Shown in pieces: positions 1 to 8,981 of a stretch of 48,100 nt of DNA (within the stretch, counting starts at the first letter, position 1; every line of letters starts with the position of its first letter). The notes below the pieces were generated by a model that searched no databases, had not been told where the DNA came from, and saw only the letters and a list, made by a program, of their open reading frames with translations. A program made the position numbers and the translations under genes. Origin of the DNA: Candidatus Niyogibacteria bacterium (GTDB lineage: Bacteria; Patescibacteriota; Minisyncoccia; JACROR01); the NCBI GenBank assembly GCA_016214345.1, contig JACROR010000011.1, positions 1 through 48,100 on the forward strand, written 5' to 3'.

Positions 1-82
1 GACTTTTTCCTGCGCGAACCATGCATACCGCGGTAGCTCGCAGCTTGGGAAGTTTCTCGTTTGTTGTATATGCCATTTTCAT
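1..82 (-). CDS. Partial (N-terminus only) putative IS481/IS3-like transposase, runs off the window edge
   Basis: Manual translation MKMAYTTNEKLPKLRATAVCMVRAGKS (ATG at 82 or 76). It resembles the N-terminal HTH lead-in of CPR integrase-core transposases as I recall them; only 27 codons are visible. Confidence 0.35.
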   Translation of the reverse strand, partial: MKMAYTTNEKLPKLRATAVCMVRAGKS

Positions 83-132
83 ACCCTAAACCCTCATGGG
101 GGTATTCCAAGGTATTGAACCATTACGAGGGG

Positions 133-161
133 TTGACTTATTTTAAGCCTCGTGGTATTAT
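133..161 (+). promoter_or_regulatory. Sigma70-type promoter for ORF 221
   Basis: TTGACT(133-138)-17 nt-TATTAT(156-161) with extended -10 TG; SD AAAGGAGG at 208-215. Confidence 0.7.
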
Positions 162-220
162 TTAATAAATTTAGAACAGCAACTTAACAACCTAAAACTT
201 TTTTCTGAAAGGAGGCAGTA

Positions 221-1447
221 ATGCCTAATGATAGATGCACGATTGCCACACATTGGAGACCGCATTTTGACGAATTGCTTGCCGTCGCCATTAAGCAAAT
301 TTATGACGGCGAAGAAGAAGTGGATTTGGTTTTAGTAAAAGACGGCTTAAAACCGTTTTTGATGACTGAAAGCGGAATGCTCGCCTTAGAGCGAATTGAA
401 AAAGAAGGCGTAATATTTCTCGGCATAGGCAGAGGAGAAATGGACGACCACGGCCAAGACGAGTGCGCCGCGACGCTCATGGCCAAACGCCTCGGAACGG
501 AAAAAGCTCCGGAACTACGCCGACTGCTCAAATTCGCGCTCCGCCGCGATACCAAGGGCGGGCAACCGTTGGACTTGGACGACATCATTGCCGCGCTGCA
601 CGATCTCTATCCGGAAAATCCGAATAAGGTCCGGGAGTTCACTGATCTGGTGATCAACGCGGAAATACAAGAAGCGATATTCCGCGAATGCCTGACGCAA
701 ACGCATCCGATACCGAACCTTGAAAAGTTCCACGCCAACGCCGTACGCCTGCTTCGCGAAGAAACCGAAAAGCAATCCGCGGAATACGGCGAACACCAAG
801 AAAAAGTTTCCGGCCGCATCATGATCTATCTTCAAAAAAGGCAAAGCGGCCAAATCCAGGATTTTGATCTGGTAGATACTGTTTCGCTTCTTTTGCGAAG
901 AAAGCCCGATCAAGCCGCCGAATGGATCATGGAAGCGGTGAAAGCCGAGATCACGCGCCAGACGGAATTTCATGTTACCGTAAAAACGGAATATGAAAAA
1001 AACGCGCGCGAAGAGATCATGCGGGTCGGCGGCGCGGAACTCAAAGTGGCTGTCATAGAATCCGGCCACCGGCTAATCACCAAATACGGTCTCTACAAGG
1101 GAGCGGGAGTGGTGGTCAAGCGCAATCCCGAAACCGGCCATGTGCAAATCGCGCGCAGCAAACAACACACCCAAAAGCCGAAATGGCGCGGGAAAGGCGA
1201 TTTATTCACTCTCCGCGACGTGGTTATGCCGCTGCGGCGCGCCGAACAGATCGCGAACGGCATTGAGCCGTCATCCGAAATCGCGCTAAGCGGCCAAGAC
1301 GGCCCGAAAGGAGCGGAGTGCTGGTATTATGATCCGAGGATAGATATTATTCTCAACGGATCGCTCACCCATCCGGACATGCCGGCAACCAAACTCCTCT
1401 TTTCCGAAGTTGAGCGGATCGTGAAAGAAACGCTCAAAAAGGCTTAA
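221..1447 (+). CDS. Hypothetical protein, MYG1/DHH-like metal-dependent hydrolase N-terminus
   Basis: 408 aa with strong SD. Motifs IATHWRPHFDE and GIGRGEMDDH resemble MYG1-type THxxxHxDE and GGxFDHH. Confidence 0.5.
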   Translation: MPNDRCTIATHWRPHFDELLAVAIKQIYDGEEEVDLVLVKDGLKPFLMTESGMLALERIEKEGVIFLGIGRGEMDDHGQDECAATLMAKRLGTEKAPELRRLLKFALRRDTKGGQPLDLDDIIAALHDLYPENPNKVREFTDLVINAEIQEAIFRECLTQTHPIPNLEKFHANAVRLLREETEKQSAEYGEHQEKVSGRIMIYLQKRQSGQIQDFDLVDTVSLLLRRKPDQAAEWIMEAVKAEITRQTEFHVTVKTEYEKNAREEIMRVGGAELKVAVIESGHRLITKYGLYKGAGVVVKRNPETGHVQIARSKQHTQKPKWRGKGDLFTLRDVVMPLRRAEQIANGIEPSSEIALSGQDGPKGAECWYYDPRIDIILNGSLTHPDMPATKLLFSEVERIVKETLKKA

Positions 1448-1453
1448 ACAAAA

Positions 1454-1483
1454 TGTCCCGTCCGCCAGCTGGCGGACGGGACA
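1454..1483. repeat. Perfect 30-bp palindrome (TCCGCC-core family)
   Basis: TGTCCCGTCCGCCAGCTGGCGGACGGGACA; the 18-bp core is identical at 33426-33443. Confidence 0.9.
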
Positions 1484-1489
1484 AAATTT

Positions 1490-1530
1490 AACCCCTCACC
1501 TACAAAGTAGGTGAGGGGTTATTTTATTGT
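1490..1530 (+). terminator. Hairpin/intrinsic terminator between convergent genes; CCCCWCAC-family inverted repeat
   Basis: AACCCCTCACCTAC-aaa-GTAGGTGAGGGGTT (14-bp stem) followed by a T-rich tract. Confidence 0.7.
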
Positions 1531-1536
1531 TGTTGT

Positions 1537-2457
1537 TTATTTTGTTAATTCTTCCAATCTTTTCCCGAAATCGTTTCCGGGAGCAAACTCAAACCAGGTG
1601 TATCCGGCGTTACGATTGACCAATAATGCCGGATGTCGCCCGTCTTCTATATAAGAACCGGCGAGCATCTGCAAAACAAAACTGTATATCTCGTCCTTAT
1701 CATGATAACTCTCTTTCATTCCGCAAAATCCTTTATGGGTATTGCGAAGTTCTTCGGTAAAATCCTTGAAATTAAAACTCTTCATTTCCTCGGCGAGCTT
1801 ATAAGCCGTCAGAACTAACTGAAAGTAAGAATTCTTGCGGAGTTTTGCAAAGATCTTCCCTTCGCGCATGATCATGCGCGACAGCAAACGTATCTCGTCT
1901 TCCATAACCTGCTGGCTGTCATTCTTATACACCCAAGGCGACGCGTTTTCCAACGCCTCATCTTTCATCAGAAAAATAATGTCGCGAAAACTCTCTGTCT
2001 GGCTGCCCCTCAACAATCCTTTGAAAGTATTTTGCTTCATAGAAGAAACTATGATAACTTTTTTGCCATATTCTTCGTACAAATCAGCTAAGGGCGCGAA
2101 ATAATGATCTCCGCTTCCGATCACTAAAATATCCGGAGCGGTTTCGGGATCAGATAAAAACGAAACGGCAACGCTGTATATGTGCTCATCGGTTACATCA
2201 TCATCACGCATGCCCTCGGTCGTCAAAACCGGCATAGCATAAGGGATCGCCCGCAAAATTTCTTTGATCTCCGACATATTTCCCGGCACGCAATGATACG
2301 GCATGAAAATCAAAAATTGCGATAAATAACCGCGCTTGGAAAATTCGGAAATCAACGCGTCCCATCTGATAGACATGCCGCGCTCTTTTATGGGGATGGT
2401 CAAATTGTCAAAATCTCCCACAACCGCGATGCGAAGCTTTTTCTGGGAACTGTCCAT
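1537..2457 (-). CDS. NYN domain (LabA/DUF88, PIN-like) protein with C-terminal extension
   Basis: VVGDFDNL and LVIGSGDHYFAPL...GKKVIIVS motifs. SD AGGGAG favours ATG 2457 over GTG 2463. Confidence 0.75.
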   Translation of the reverse strand: MDSSQKKLRIAVVGDFDNLTIPIKERGMSIRWDALISEFSKRGYLSQFLIFMPYHCVPGNMSEIKEILRAIPYAMPVLTTEGMRDDDVTDEHIYSVAVSFLSDPETAPDILVIGSGDHYFAPLADLYEEYGKKVIIVSSMKQNTFKGLLRGSQTESFRDIIFLMKDEALENASPWVYKNDSQQVMEDEIRLLSRMIMREGKIFAKLRKNSYFQLVLTAYKLAEEMKSFNFKDFTEELRNTHKGFCGMKESYHDKDEIYSFVLQMLAGSYIEDGRHPALLVNRNAGYTWFEFAPGNDFGKRLEELTK

Positions 2458-2586
2458 AAGCACTCCCTTCTGTCATTTTTAAAGTACTAAGTTATCCGAA
2501 CTGCCATATTCCATAATTCCGAATAAATATATCACATTTGGTAAAACATTGCAATGGTCGCTTTTTACCTATAATCTAAATATTAA

Positions 2587-3459
2587 ATGGCAACCCAACC
2601 TAAAGAAAAATATAAAACCATAACGCTGGATGAAAAGAGTTATCCGGCGCTGCTTCGTGAAATTCCCGACCCGCCTGAAACCCTCTACATGCTCGGCAAT
2701 TTCCATGATTGGCATAAACCCGCGATAGCGATCGTAGGCACCCGAAAAGCCACCTCTTACGGCCTGCGCGCGGCGCGCGCCCTCGGATGCGAATTGGCAG
2801 CCGCCGGCATAACCGTGGTAAGCGGACTCGCCCTGGGTATTGACGCGGAAGCGCACCGAGGCGCCTTGGAAGCGAACGGCAACACCGTCGCCGTTTTAGG
2901 GTCGGGCATAAACATGATCTATCCGGCGACCAATCGTCCACTCGCGGAAAAAATAATAGAGCAAGGCGGCGCTGTAATATCGGAATTTTCCCCAGATCTT
3001 CCGCCGGAAAAATGGACCTTCCCGCAAAGAAACCGCATAATCGCCGGATTATCAAACGTAACGCTCGTAATTGAGGCCCCGGAAAAAAGCGGCGCGCTTA
3101 TTACCGCTTACCTCGCGCTGGAATACAACCGCGAAGTCGCCGCCCTGCCCGGAGAAATAACTTCCCTCAATTCACAAGGCACGAACAAGCTCATAAAACT
3201 GGGAGCGGCTATAATAAGAAGTGCGGACGATGTGCTGGAACTCTTGGGATTAAACGCTCCTAATCCGAAAACTTTATTTGACAAATTGGACAAAATAGAA
3301 AATGTTATACTGCAATGCCTAAACAAACCGCAGAACAAAGATGAAATGCTTGACCTAACGCAATTGCCTGCAGACATATTAAATCAAAAATTGTCTTCGC
3401 TTGAATTAAAAGGCGCGATTAAAAATAACGGAGGATTATATGAAATTAGTAATAGTTGA
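2587..3459 (+). CDS. dprA: DNA-processing protein DprA
   Basis: YPALLREIPDPP, AIVGTRKATSYG, VSGLALGID, FPQRNRIIAGLS, EAPEKSGALITA. Confidence 0.97.
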   Translation: MATQPKEKYKTITLDEKSYPALLREIPDPPETLYMLGNFHDWHKPAIAIVGTRKATSYGLRAARALGCELAAAGITVVSGLALGIDAEAHRGALEANGNTVAVLGSGINMIYPATNRPLAEKIIEQGGAVISEFSPDLPPEKWTFPQRNRIIAGLSNVTLVIEAPEKSGALITAYLALEYNREVAALPGEITSLNSQGTNKLIKLGAAIIRSADDVLELLGLNAPNPKTLFDKLDKIENVILQCLNKPQNKDEMLDLTQLPADILNQKLSSLELKGAIKNNGGLYEISNS

Positions 3460-5578
3460 GTCGCCCACCAAAGCCAAAACCATATCCAGATTTTTGGGAA
3501 AAGGTTTCACCGTGAAATCAAGCTACGGCCATGTCCGCGATCTTCCGGCATATAAACTGGGAATTGATCTGGAAAATAATTTTGAACCGCAATACGTCAT
3601 TCCCAAAAAATCCGCCAAAATAGTCAAAGATCTGAAAAGCGAATTGAAAAACGCGGACACTCTGATACTCGCGACCGATGAAGACCGCGAGGGCGAGGCT
3701 ATTGCCTGGCATTTACTCCAAGCGTTGGATGTGAATGGCGCCGGCGCCAAAAAGAAAAAAAAGGATGCGGATACTCCAAAAATTCCGCCCAAAATAGAAC
3801 GCATAGTTTTTCACGAAATAACCAAACCGGCTATAGAAAAAGCGCTTAGCTCGCCGCGGAACTTAGACCTTAACATGATAGACGCGCAACAAGCCCGCCG
3901 CGTTTTAGATCGTTTGGTAGGCTACAAACTGTCCCCTTTTCTCTGGAAAAAACTGATGCGCGGATTATCGGCCGGACGCGTGCAAAGCGTAGCCCTCCGC
4001 ATCATCGTAGAACGGGAAAAAGAAATAAAAGCCTTCCTGTCGCAGAAATACTGGCAAATAAACGCGCTGCTCAAAAAAACCGCCGCGACTGAAACCAACG
4101 AGACATTCCCGGCGCAAATGACCGCCATAGACGACAAGCCCATAGAAAAGCCCGGTCTTTTGGACGAAAATGAAACGCAAAAAATTTTAACGGATCTGAA
4201 CGCCGCGGATTGGAAAGTCGCGTCCATTGAAAAAAGACGCGTGGAAAAAACTCCCAAACCGCCCTTCACCACAAGTTCCTTGCAACAAGAAGCGTGGTCG
4301 CGTCTGCATTTTTCCGCCAAAAAAACCATGATGATCGCCCAGCAATTATACGAAGGCGTGGAATTAAAAAATAAAGGGCAGCTCGGTCTTATAACTTACA
4401 TGCGGACGGATTCCGTGAATATCGCGGGCGAAGCGCTCGCCGCCGCCTCGGCATTCATAAAGCAGGAACTGGGAGAAAAATATTCTCTGCCGGAGCCTCG
4501 CGTTTTCAAGACCAAATCCAAAACCGCGCAGGAGGCGCACGAAGCCATCCGTCCCACCCATCCGGACATCACCCCCAAATCCATAAAAACCGAATTAAGC
4601 CGCGACCAATTCGTGCTCTACGAAATTATATGGCAAAGATTTATCGCGTCGCAGATGGCGCCCGCTGTTTTTGACGGCACTACGGCAATAATTGACGCCG
4701 CCAACGCTTCGGCGGGACGCAAATATAGCTTTCATTCTTCCGGACAAATTATGCTTTTTGACGGATACATAAAAATTTACCCAATAAAAACCGAGGACTC
4801 GCTGTTGCCCAATCTTCAAGAAAACGACGCACTAACGGCGGAAAAAATAGAAAGCTCGCCGCATGAAACCGAACCGCCTCCGCGCTACACCGAAGCATCG
4901 CTCGTAAAAACTTTAGAAAAATTCGGCATAGGCCGCCCCTCCACTTACGCGCCCATTATCTCCACCATCCAAGACCGCGGCTATGTTACGAAAAACGACG
5001 CCAAAAGCTTTCTGCCCACCGAAATGGGAGAAAAAGTGGACAATATTTTGCTGGAACATTTCCCGCAAATCGTGGACATAGATTTTACGGCCAAAATGGA
5101 AGAAAGTTTGGACCAAATCGCGTCCGGAGAAAAAGCATGGCGGCCGACTCTCAAAGAATTTTACGAACCGTTTGAAAAACACCTCAAAGAAAAATACGAA
5201 ACCGTGGCAAAACAAAATTTGACCGAACCCACGGACGAAAAATGCGACAAATGCGGCGCGCCGCTCATCATCCGCTACGGCCGTTTCGGCAGATTTATGG
5301 CCTGCTCCGCCTTTCCGGAATGCAAATTCACCAAAGCATTGCCTCCGGTATCGCTAAACATCAAATGTCCCAAATGCGGCGACGGCGATGTGATAGAACG
5401 AAGAACCAAAAAAAGGCGGCTTTTCTACGGCTGTTCCAATTATCCCAAATGCGATTTTGCCACCTGGCAAAAACCCACGGGCAAATTGTGCATAGAATGT
5501 TCGTCGCCCTTAGTTGAATTGAAAAGCGGCATAAAATGCTCAAATAAAAACTGCAAATTCAAAGAAGGCGAAAAATGA
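3440..5578 (+). CDS. topA: DNA topoisomerase I
   Basis: LVIVESPTKAKTI, ATDEDREGEAIAWH, SAGRVQS, LITYMRTDS, C-terminal Zn ribbons. Confidence 0.98.
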   Translation: MKLVIVESPTKAKTISRFLGKGFTVKSSYGHVRDLPAYKLGIDLENNFEPQYVIPKKSAKIVKDLKSELKNADTLILATDEDREGEAIAWHLLQALDVNGAGAKKKKKDADTPKIPPKIERIVFHEITKPAIEKALSSPRNLDLNMIDAQQARRVLDRLVGYKLSPFLWKKLMRGLSAGRVQSVALRIIVEREKEIKAFLSQKYWQINALLKKTAATETNETFPAQMTAIDDKPIEKPGLLDENETQKILTDLNAADWKVASIEKRRVEKTPKPPFTTSSLQQEAWSRLHFSAKKTMMIAQQLYEGVELKNKGQLGLITYMRTDSVNIAGEALAAASAFIKQELGEKYSLPEPRVFKTKSKTAQEAHEAIRPTHPDITPKSIKTELSRDQFVLYEIIWQRFIASQMAPAVFDGTTAIIDAANASAGRKYSFHSSGQIMLFDGYIKIYPIKTEDSLLPNLQENDALTAEKIESSPHETEPPPRYTEASLVKTLEKFGIGRPSTYAPIISTIQDRGYVTKNDAKSFLPTEMGEKVDNILLEHFPQIVDIDFTAKMEESLDQIASGEKAWRPTLKEFYEPFEKHLKEKYETVAKQNLTEPTDEKCDKCGAPLIIRYGRFGRFMACSAFPECKFTKALPPVSLNIKCPKCGDGDVIERRTKKRRLFYGCSNYPKCDFATWQKPTGKLCIECSSPLVELKSGIKCSNKNCKFKEGEK

Positions 5579-7296
5579 GCTGGGAAGAATACACCAAACA
5601 ATTGGACCGCTGTGGCGTCCCCCAAGACGGACGAGACTTGATCAAACAAGCTTTTTTGTTCGCGCATCAAGCGCACGAAAATCAAACCCGTTTCTCCGGA
5701 GAACCGTATGTGAACCACACCATAAATGTTTCTTTGAAAGTGGCGGCTTTGCGTTTGAACGCGGCGGGCATAGCGGCCGCACTGCTTCACGACACGGTGG
5801 AAGACGACAAGGCCTCGCTTAAAACCATACGCAAAAAATTCGGCCCCGAAGTCGCCCTCTTGGTGAACGGCTTAACCAAGGTTAAAAAAATAAAATATCA
5901 GGGCGTAGAGCGGCAAGTGGAATCCATGCGCAAAATGTTTTTGGCGCTGGCCGAAGACATCAGGGTGGTCATCATCAAACTGATGGATCGCATGCACAAC
6001 ATGGAAACTCTGGAATACCACCCCAAAGAAGAAAAAAGAAAACGGATCGCTCTGGAAACTCTGGAAATTTACGCCCCTCTCGCCGACCGCCTCGGCATGT
6101 GGAATGTAAAATCGCAACTGGAAGACTTGGCTTTTAAGTATGTCTATCCCGAAGAATACAAATGGATTACGGAAGAAGTAAAAGAAAAAATTCCGGAACG
6201 GGAAAAATATTTAGAAACCATTCTGCCCATATTAAAAAAAGGGTTAAACAAAGAAGGAGTGCGGCCGCTGGAAGTTTCTTGGCGCGCGAAACATTATTAC
6301 AGCATCTGGAAAAAACTCTCCAAAAAAGGCATGGACTGGGGGCGCATCAAAGACCTGGCCGCCATGAGAATCATAGTTAAAGACATAGAAGCCTGCTACG
6401 CGACCTTGGGTGTCATACACACGCTCTGGCGGCCTCTGCCCGGGAGAATAAAGGATTACATAGCTCTGCCCAAACCCAACGGCTACCAGAGTCTGCACAC
6501 CACGGTTTTTTGCGAAAACGGCAAAATAACGGAATTCCAAATCAGGACTCCGGAAATGCATCGGGACGCGGATTTCGGCATCGCGGCGCACTGGGCTTAC
6601 GAGATGGCCGGCAAAAAAAGCGACGGCTCGCCGGCGCAATCGCAAAAATTCGCGTGGGTGCGCCAGCTCCAAGAATGGCAAAAAGATTTCAAAAAAGGCA
6701 AGCAATCCAGCCAAGAATTTTTAGATTCGCTCAAGATCGATTTTTTCAAAGATCGCATATTCGCGCTGACGCCCAAAGGCGATGTCATTGATCTGCCGGA
6801 AGACGCGACACCGATTGACTTCGCTTATCATATCCATTCCGAGATAGGAGACCAAACGTCGGGATGCAAAGTAAACGGCCGCATGGTGCCTCTCTCTCAT
6901 AGCTTAAAATCGGGCGATGTGGTGGAGATGCTCATCCAAAAAAACAAAAAACCCTCCCAAGAATGGCTGGAACTGGCGAAAACCTCGCTCGCCAAGAACC
7001 GCATACGCTCCGCGATAAAAAAGAAGTCTCTTTTGTTGCGTCCCCAGGCCGCGCAACCAAGAACCGAGCTGGTCATTACCGCCGCGAACCGCGTAGGATT
7101 GATCAAAGACATAAGCGCGATATTCGCGGGATTCCGCATCAACATAGAATCCATAAAAAGCGAAACCGCGGGTACGGATTATCCCATAGTGAGCATAGTA
7201 TTCACGCCCAAAAACGAAGAGCAAACGGAAAAAATAAAAACCCGGATAAAAAAATTACCGGGAATTGAAAATATAAATTTAAAACCGCATCGCTGA
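5575..7296 (+). CDS. rel: RelA/SpoT family bifunctional (p)ppGpp synthetase/hydrolase (HD-SYNTH-TGS-ACT)
   Basis: RFSGEPY, LLHDTVED, KDYIALPKPNGYQSLHTTV, EFQIRT, TPIDFAYHIH, C-terminal ACT. Confidence 0.95.
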   Translation: MSWEEYTKQLDRCGVPQDGRDLIKQAFLFAHQAHENQTRFSGEPYVNHTINVSLKVAALRLNAAGIAAALLHDTVEDDKASLKTIRKKFGPEVALLVNGLTKVKKIKYQGVERQVESMRKMFLALAEDIRVVIIKLMDRMHNMETLEYHPKEEKRKRIALETLEIYAPLADRLGMWNVKSQLEDLAFKYVYPEEYKWITEEVKEKIPEREKYLETILPILKKGLNKEGVRPLEVSWRAKHYYSIWKKLSKKGMDWGRIKDLAAMRIIVKDIEACYATLGVIHTLWRPLPGRIKDYIALPKPNGYQSLHTTVFCENGKITEFQIRTPEMHRDADFGIAAHWAYEMAGKKSDGSPAQSQKFAWVRQLQEWQKDFKKGKQSSQEFLDSLKIDFFKDRIFALTPKGDVIDLPEDATPIDFAYHIHSEIGDQTSGCKVNGRMVPLSHSLKSGDVVEMLIQKNKKPSQEWLELAKTSLAKNRIRSAIKKKSLLLRPQAAQPRTELVITAANRVGLIKDISAIFAGFRINIESIKSETAGTDYPIVSIVFTPKNEEQTEKIKTRIKKLPGIENINLKPHR

Positions 7297-7321
7297 ACGC
7301 GGGGCAATTTCTAAATATACA

Positions 7322-7359
7322 ATCCAGTCAATTTCTCCGTATGGAGAAATTGACTGGAT
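7322..7359. terminator. 17-bp hairpin between convergent rel and parB
   Basis: ATCCAGTCAATTTCTCC-gtat-GGAGAAATTGACTGGAT. Confidence 0.7.
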
Positions 7360-7362
7360 GAT

Positions 7363-8335
7363 CTAAATAGTGAACCGGTCTAGCGCGTCTTTTTCCACGC
7401 CTGATAAAGTATTGCTATCAAATACTTTTTCTTGCTCCGCATTGCCCACAATATCGTCTAACGCGGAAGCCAGCTGAACGGGAACATCGGACATATGCGA
7501 TTCCACGGGCGGCATATCGTTGCCGTCTAGCAAGGCTTCTTTCGGCGCGTCTTCCGAAGATACCGCTTCCGTTTCCGGCATAATATCCGTGTTGTCCTCC
7601 ATCCGGTCTTTGTCCACTTTGGCCAAGAAATTTTTCTTCCAGCACCCGCGTATTCTGATCAGGCAAACCGTCTTGCTTTCGCGCCCGCTCGTAAGCAATG
7701 CGCCTTGCCGCATGCTCCGCGTCGCGCACCGACAATTTTTTATAAACTATATCTTTAAAAAGTATTTTTTGCGCTTCCGGCTTGTCAGAGAGCATCAAAA
7801 GCGGACGAGTGTGGCCTTCGTTTATGGAACCGTCAACCAAAGCCTGTTTGATTTCTTCCGGTAGCACAAGAAGCCGCATGGTGTTGGCCACAAATTCGCG
7901 GCTTTTGCCGATCTTCGCGGCAATCTCTCTTTGCTTCATTCCGAAAGTATCCGCCATTTGTTTGAAAGCAATGGCGCGCTCAATTGGTCCCAAATCTTCT
8001 CTCTGCACATTTTCCACCAACGCCAATTCCAATTTAACTTTCTCCGCCGGCTCTGCGCGGATAATTACGGGCACTTGCAAGAGGCCCGCCAATTTAGAGG
8101 CGCGAAGCCGTCGCTCGCCTGCGATAAGCTCATAATTAACCGCAGTGCCATTTGGGACTTCGTGCTCACAACGCACCACCACCAATGGCTGTAAAACTCC
8201 ATACTGGCGGATGGATTCGGAGAGCTCACGCAATCGGCTTTCGTCAAATTCATGCCTCGGCTGAAAAGGATTGGGCTTTATTTTTTCGGTTTCTACCCAA
8301 AAAATGCTATTTTGAATTTGATTATTTTGATTCAT
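7363..8335 (-). pseudogene. parB: ParB/Spo0J partition protein with apparent frameshift/deletion near 7630
   Basis: PNPFQPRHEF, GVLQPLVV, LIAGERRLRA, ENVQREDL and HTH. After RVLEEK the frame becomes non-ParB-like, while an alternative frame gives an acidic tail ending LDRFTI at 7363. ORF 7418-8335 could still encode a truncated protein. Confidence 0.7.
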
Positions 8336-8473
8336 CTATGTGTATGTGTATGAGAAATTATACTGCGGGGTGTTGTCTAAAATCTAACAAAAAAGTATAA
8401 TGGTTGGCAAGGGGAAAATTTATGCCGGAGCGCCCGTCTTGGGCGGGCAAAGCATTTTGAAAAATTAAAATTT

Positions 8474-8560
8474 GCCGGAGTGGCGGAATTGGCATACGCG
8501 CACGACTCAAAATCGTGTTCCCGTAAGGGATTAAGGGTTCAACTCCCTTCTCCGGCACCA
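8474..8560 (+). tRNA. tRNA-Leu(CAA)
   Basis: GCCGGAG/CTCCGGC acceptor stem, CACGA-CTCAAAA-TCGTG anticodon arm, long variable arm, GGTTCAACTCC T-arm, encoded CCA. Confidence 0.97.
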
Positions 8561-8611
8561 CAAGAGTACTTCAGAAAATATAGTCGCAAAGCTCCTTATT
8601 TTCTTGGTCGC

Positions 8612-8754
8612 ATTTGTTCCCTGTTTGTCTAAACTCCCGTTTTGTCAAAGAGCGTAGCGATTTGTAACAAAACGCAATGCAGGGAGGCCGAAGGCCGAGT
8701 CGTAAGCAAGGCGATTGGTTACAAACAGCAATCCTGTAAGGGTTCGGAACGAAT
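8612..8754 (+). repeat. Multi-branched hairpin element in the tRNA spacer
   Basis: Nested helices 8612-20/8746-54, 8621-28/8721-28, 8633-36/8697-8700 and 8638-45/8667-74. 8633-8680 matches the reverse complement of 47953-48000 at 39/48 nt. Confidence 0.7.
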
Positions 8755-8818
8755 CTAATACCCCCTCATCTTTCAATGGATAGGATGCAAGCTTCCGAAG
8801 CTTGCGATGTAGGCCCGT

Positions 8819-8913
8819 CCCCACACTAATCCTCTTGTCGTTCAATGGACAGGACACCTCCCTCCGAAGGAGGAGATGCAGGTTCGATTCCTGCCGAGAG
8901 GATTAGTGTGGGG
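8819..8913. mobile_element. Inverted-repeat-bounded cassette carrying the inner tRNA
   Basis: CCCCACACTAAT (8819-8830) / ATTAGTGTGGGG (8902-8913); same repeat as at 32780/33076. Mobility is inferred. Confidence 0.6.
8831..8902 (+). tRNA. Inner intact tRNA-Arg(CCG)
   Basis: CCTCTTG/CGAGAGG acceptor, GTTC-AATGGACA-GGAC, CCTCC-CTCCGAA-GGAGG, GCAGG-TTCGATT-CCTGC, discriminator A. No encoded CCA. Confidence 0.93.
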
Positions 8914-8981
8914 GTGAGAATTCCTACTGAGGGGACAACAAAATAGGTTATAGTTTCTAGGTTATAACTTACGAGTGACAA

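Larger units (their letters stand above)
8762..8935 (+). tRNA. Outer tRNA-Arg(CCG), interrupted in the T-loop by a ~100-nt insertion
   Basis: CCCCTCA(8762-68)/TGAGGGG(8928-34) acceptor, D-arm TTTCAATGGATAGGAT, CAAGC-TTCCGAA-GCTTG, T-stem GTAGG(8809-13)/CCTAC(8923-27). The 3' end reads A-CAA. Confidence 0.8.

Noticed and set aside
1490-1520. Hairpin as a tRNA-derived minihelix (shares CCCCTCA, CCTAC, GTAGG and TGAGGGG with the outer tRNA-Arg)
   Set aside because: The T-stem strands are in the opposite order and the matches are short; could be coincidence, so it is not claimed.
8358-8857. ORFs 8358-8561 and 8645-8857 on the minus strand
   Set aside because: Antisense shadows of the tRNA genes and hairpin element.
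8814-8914. Group I/II intron or bulge-helix-bulge intron in the outer tRNA
   Set aside because: The insert is fully accounted for by the repeat plus a tRNA, leaving no room for a ribozyme core. I could not draw a canonical 3-4-3 BHB motif at the junction.
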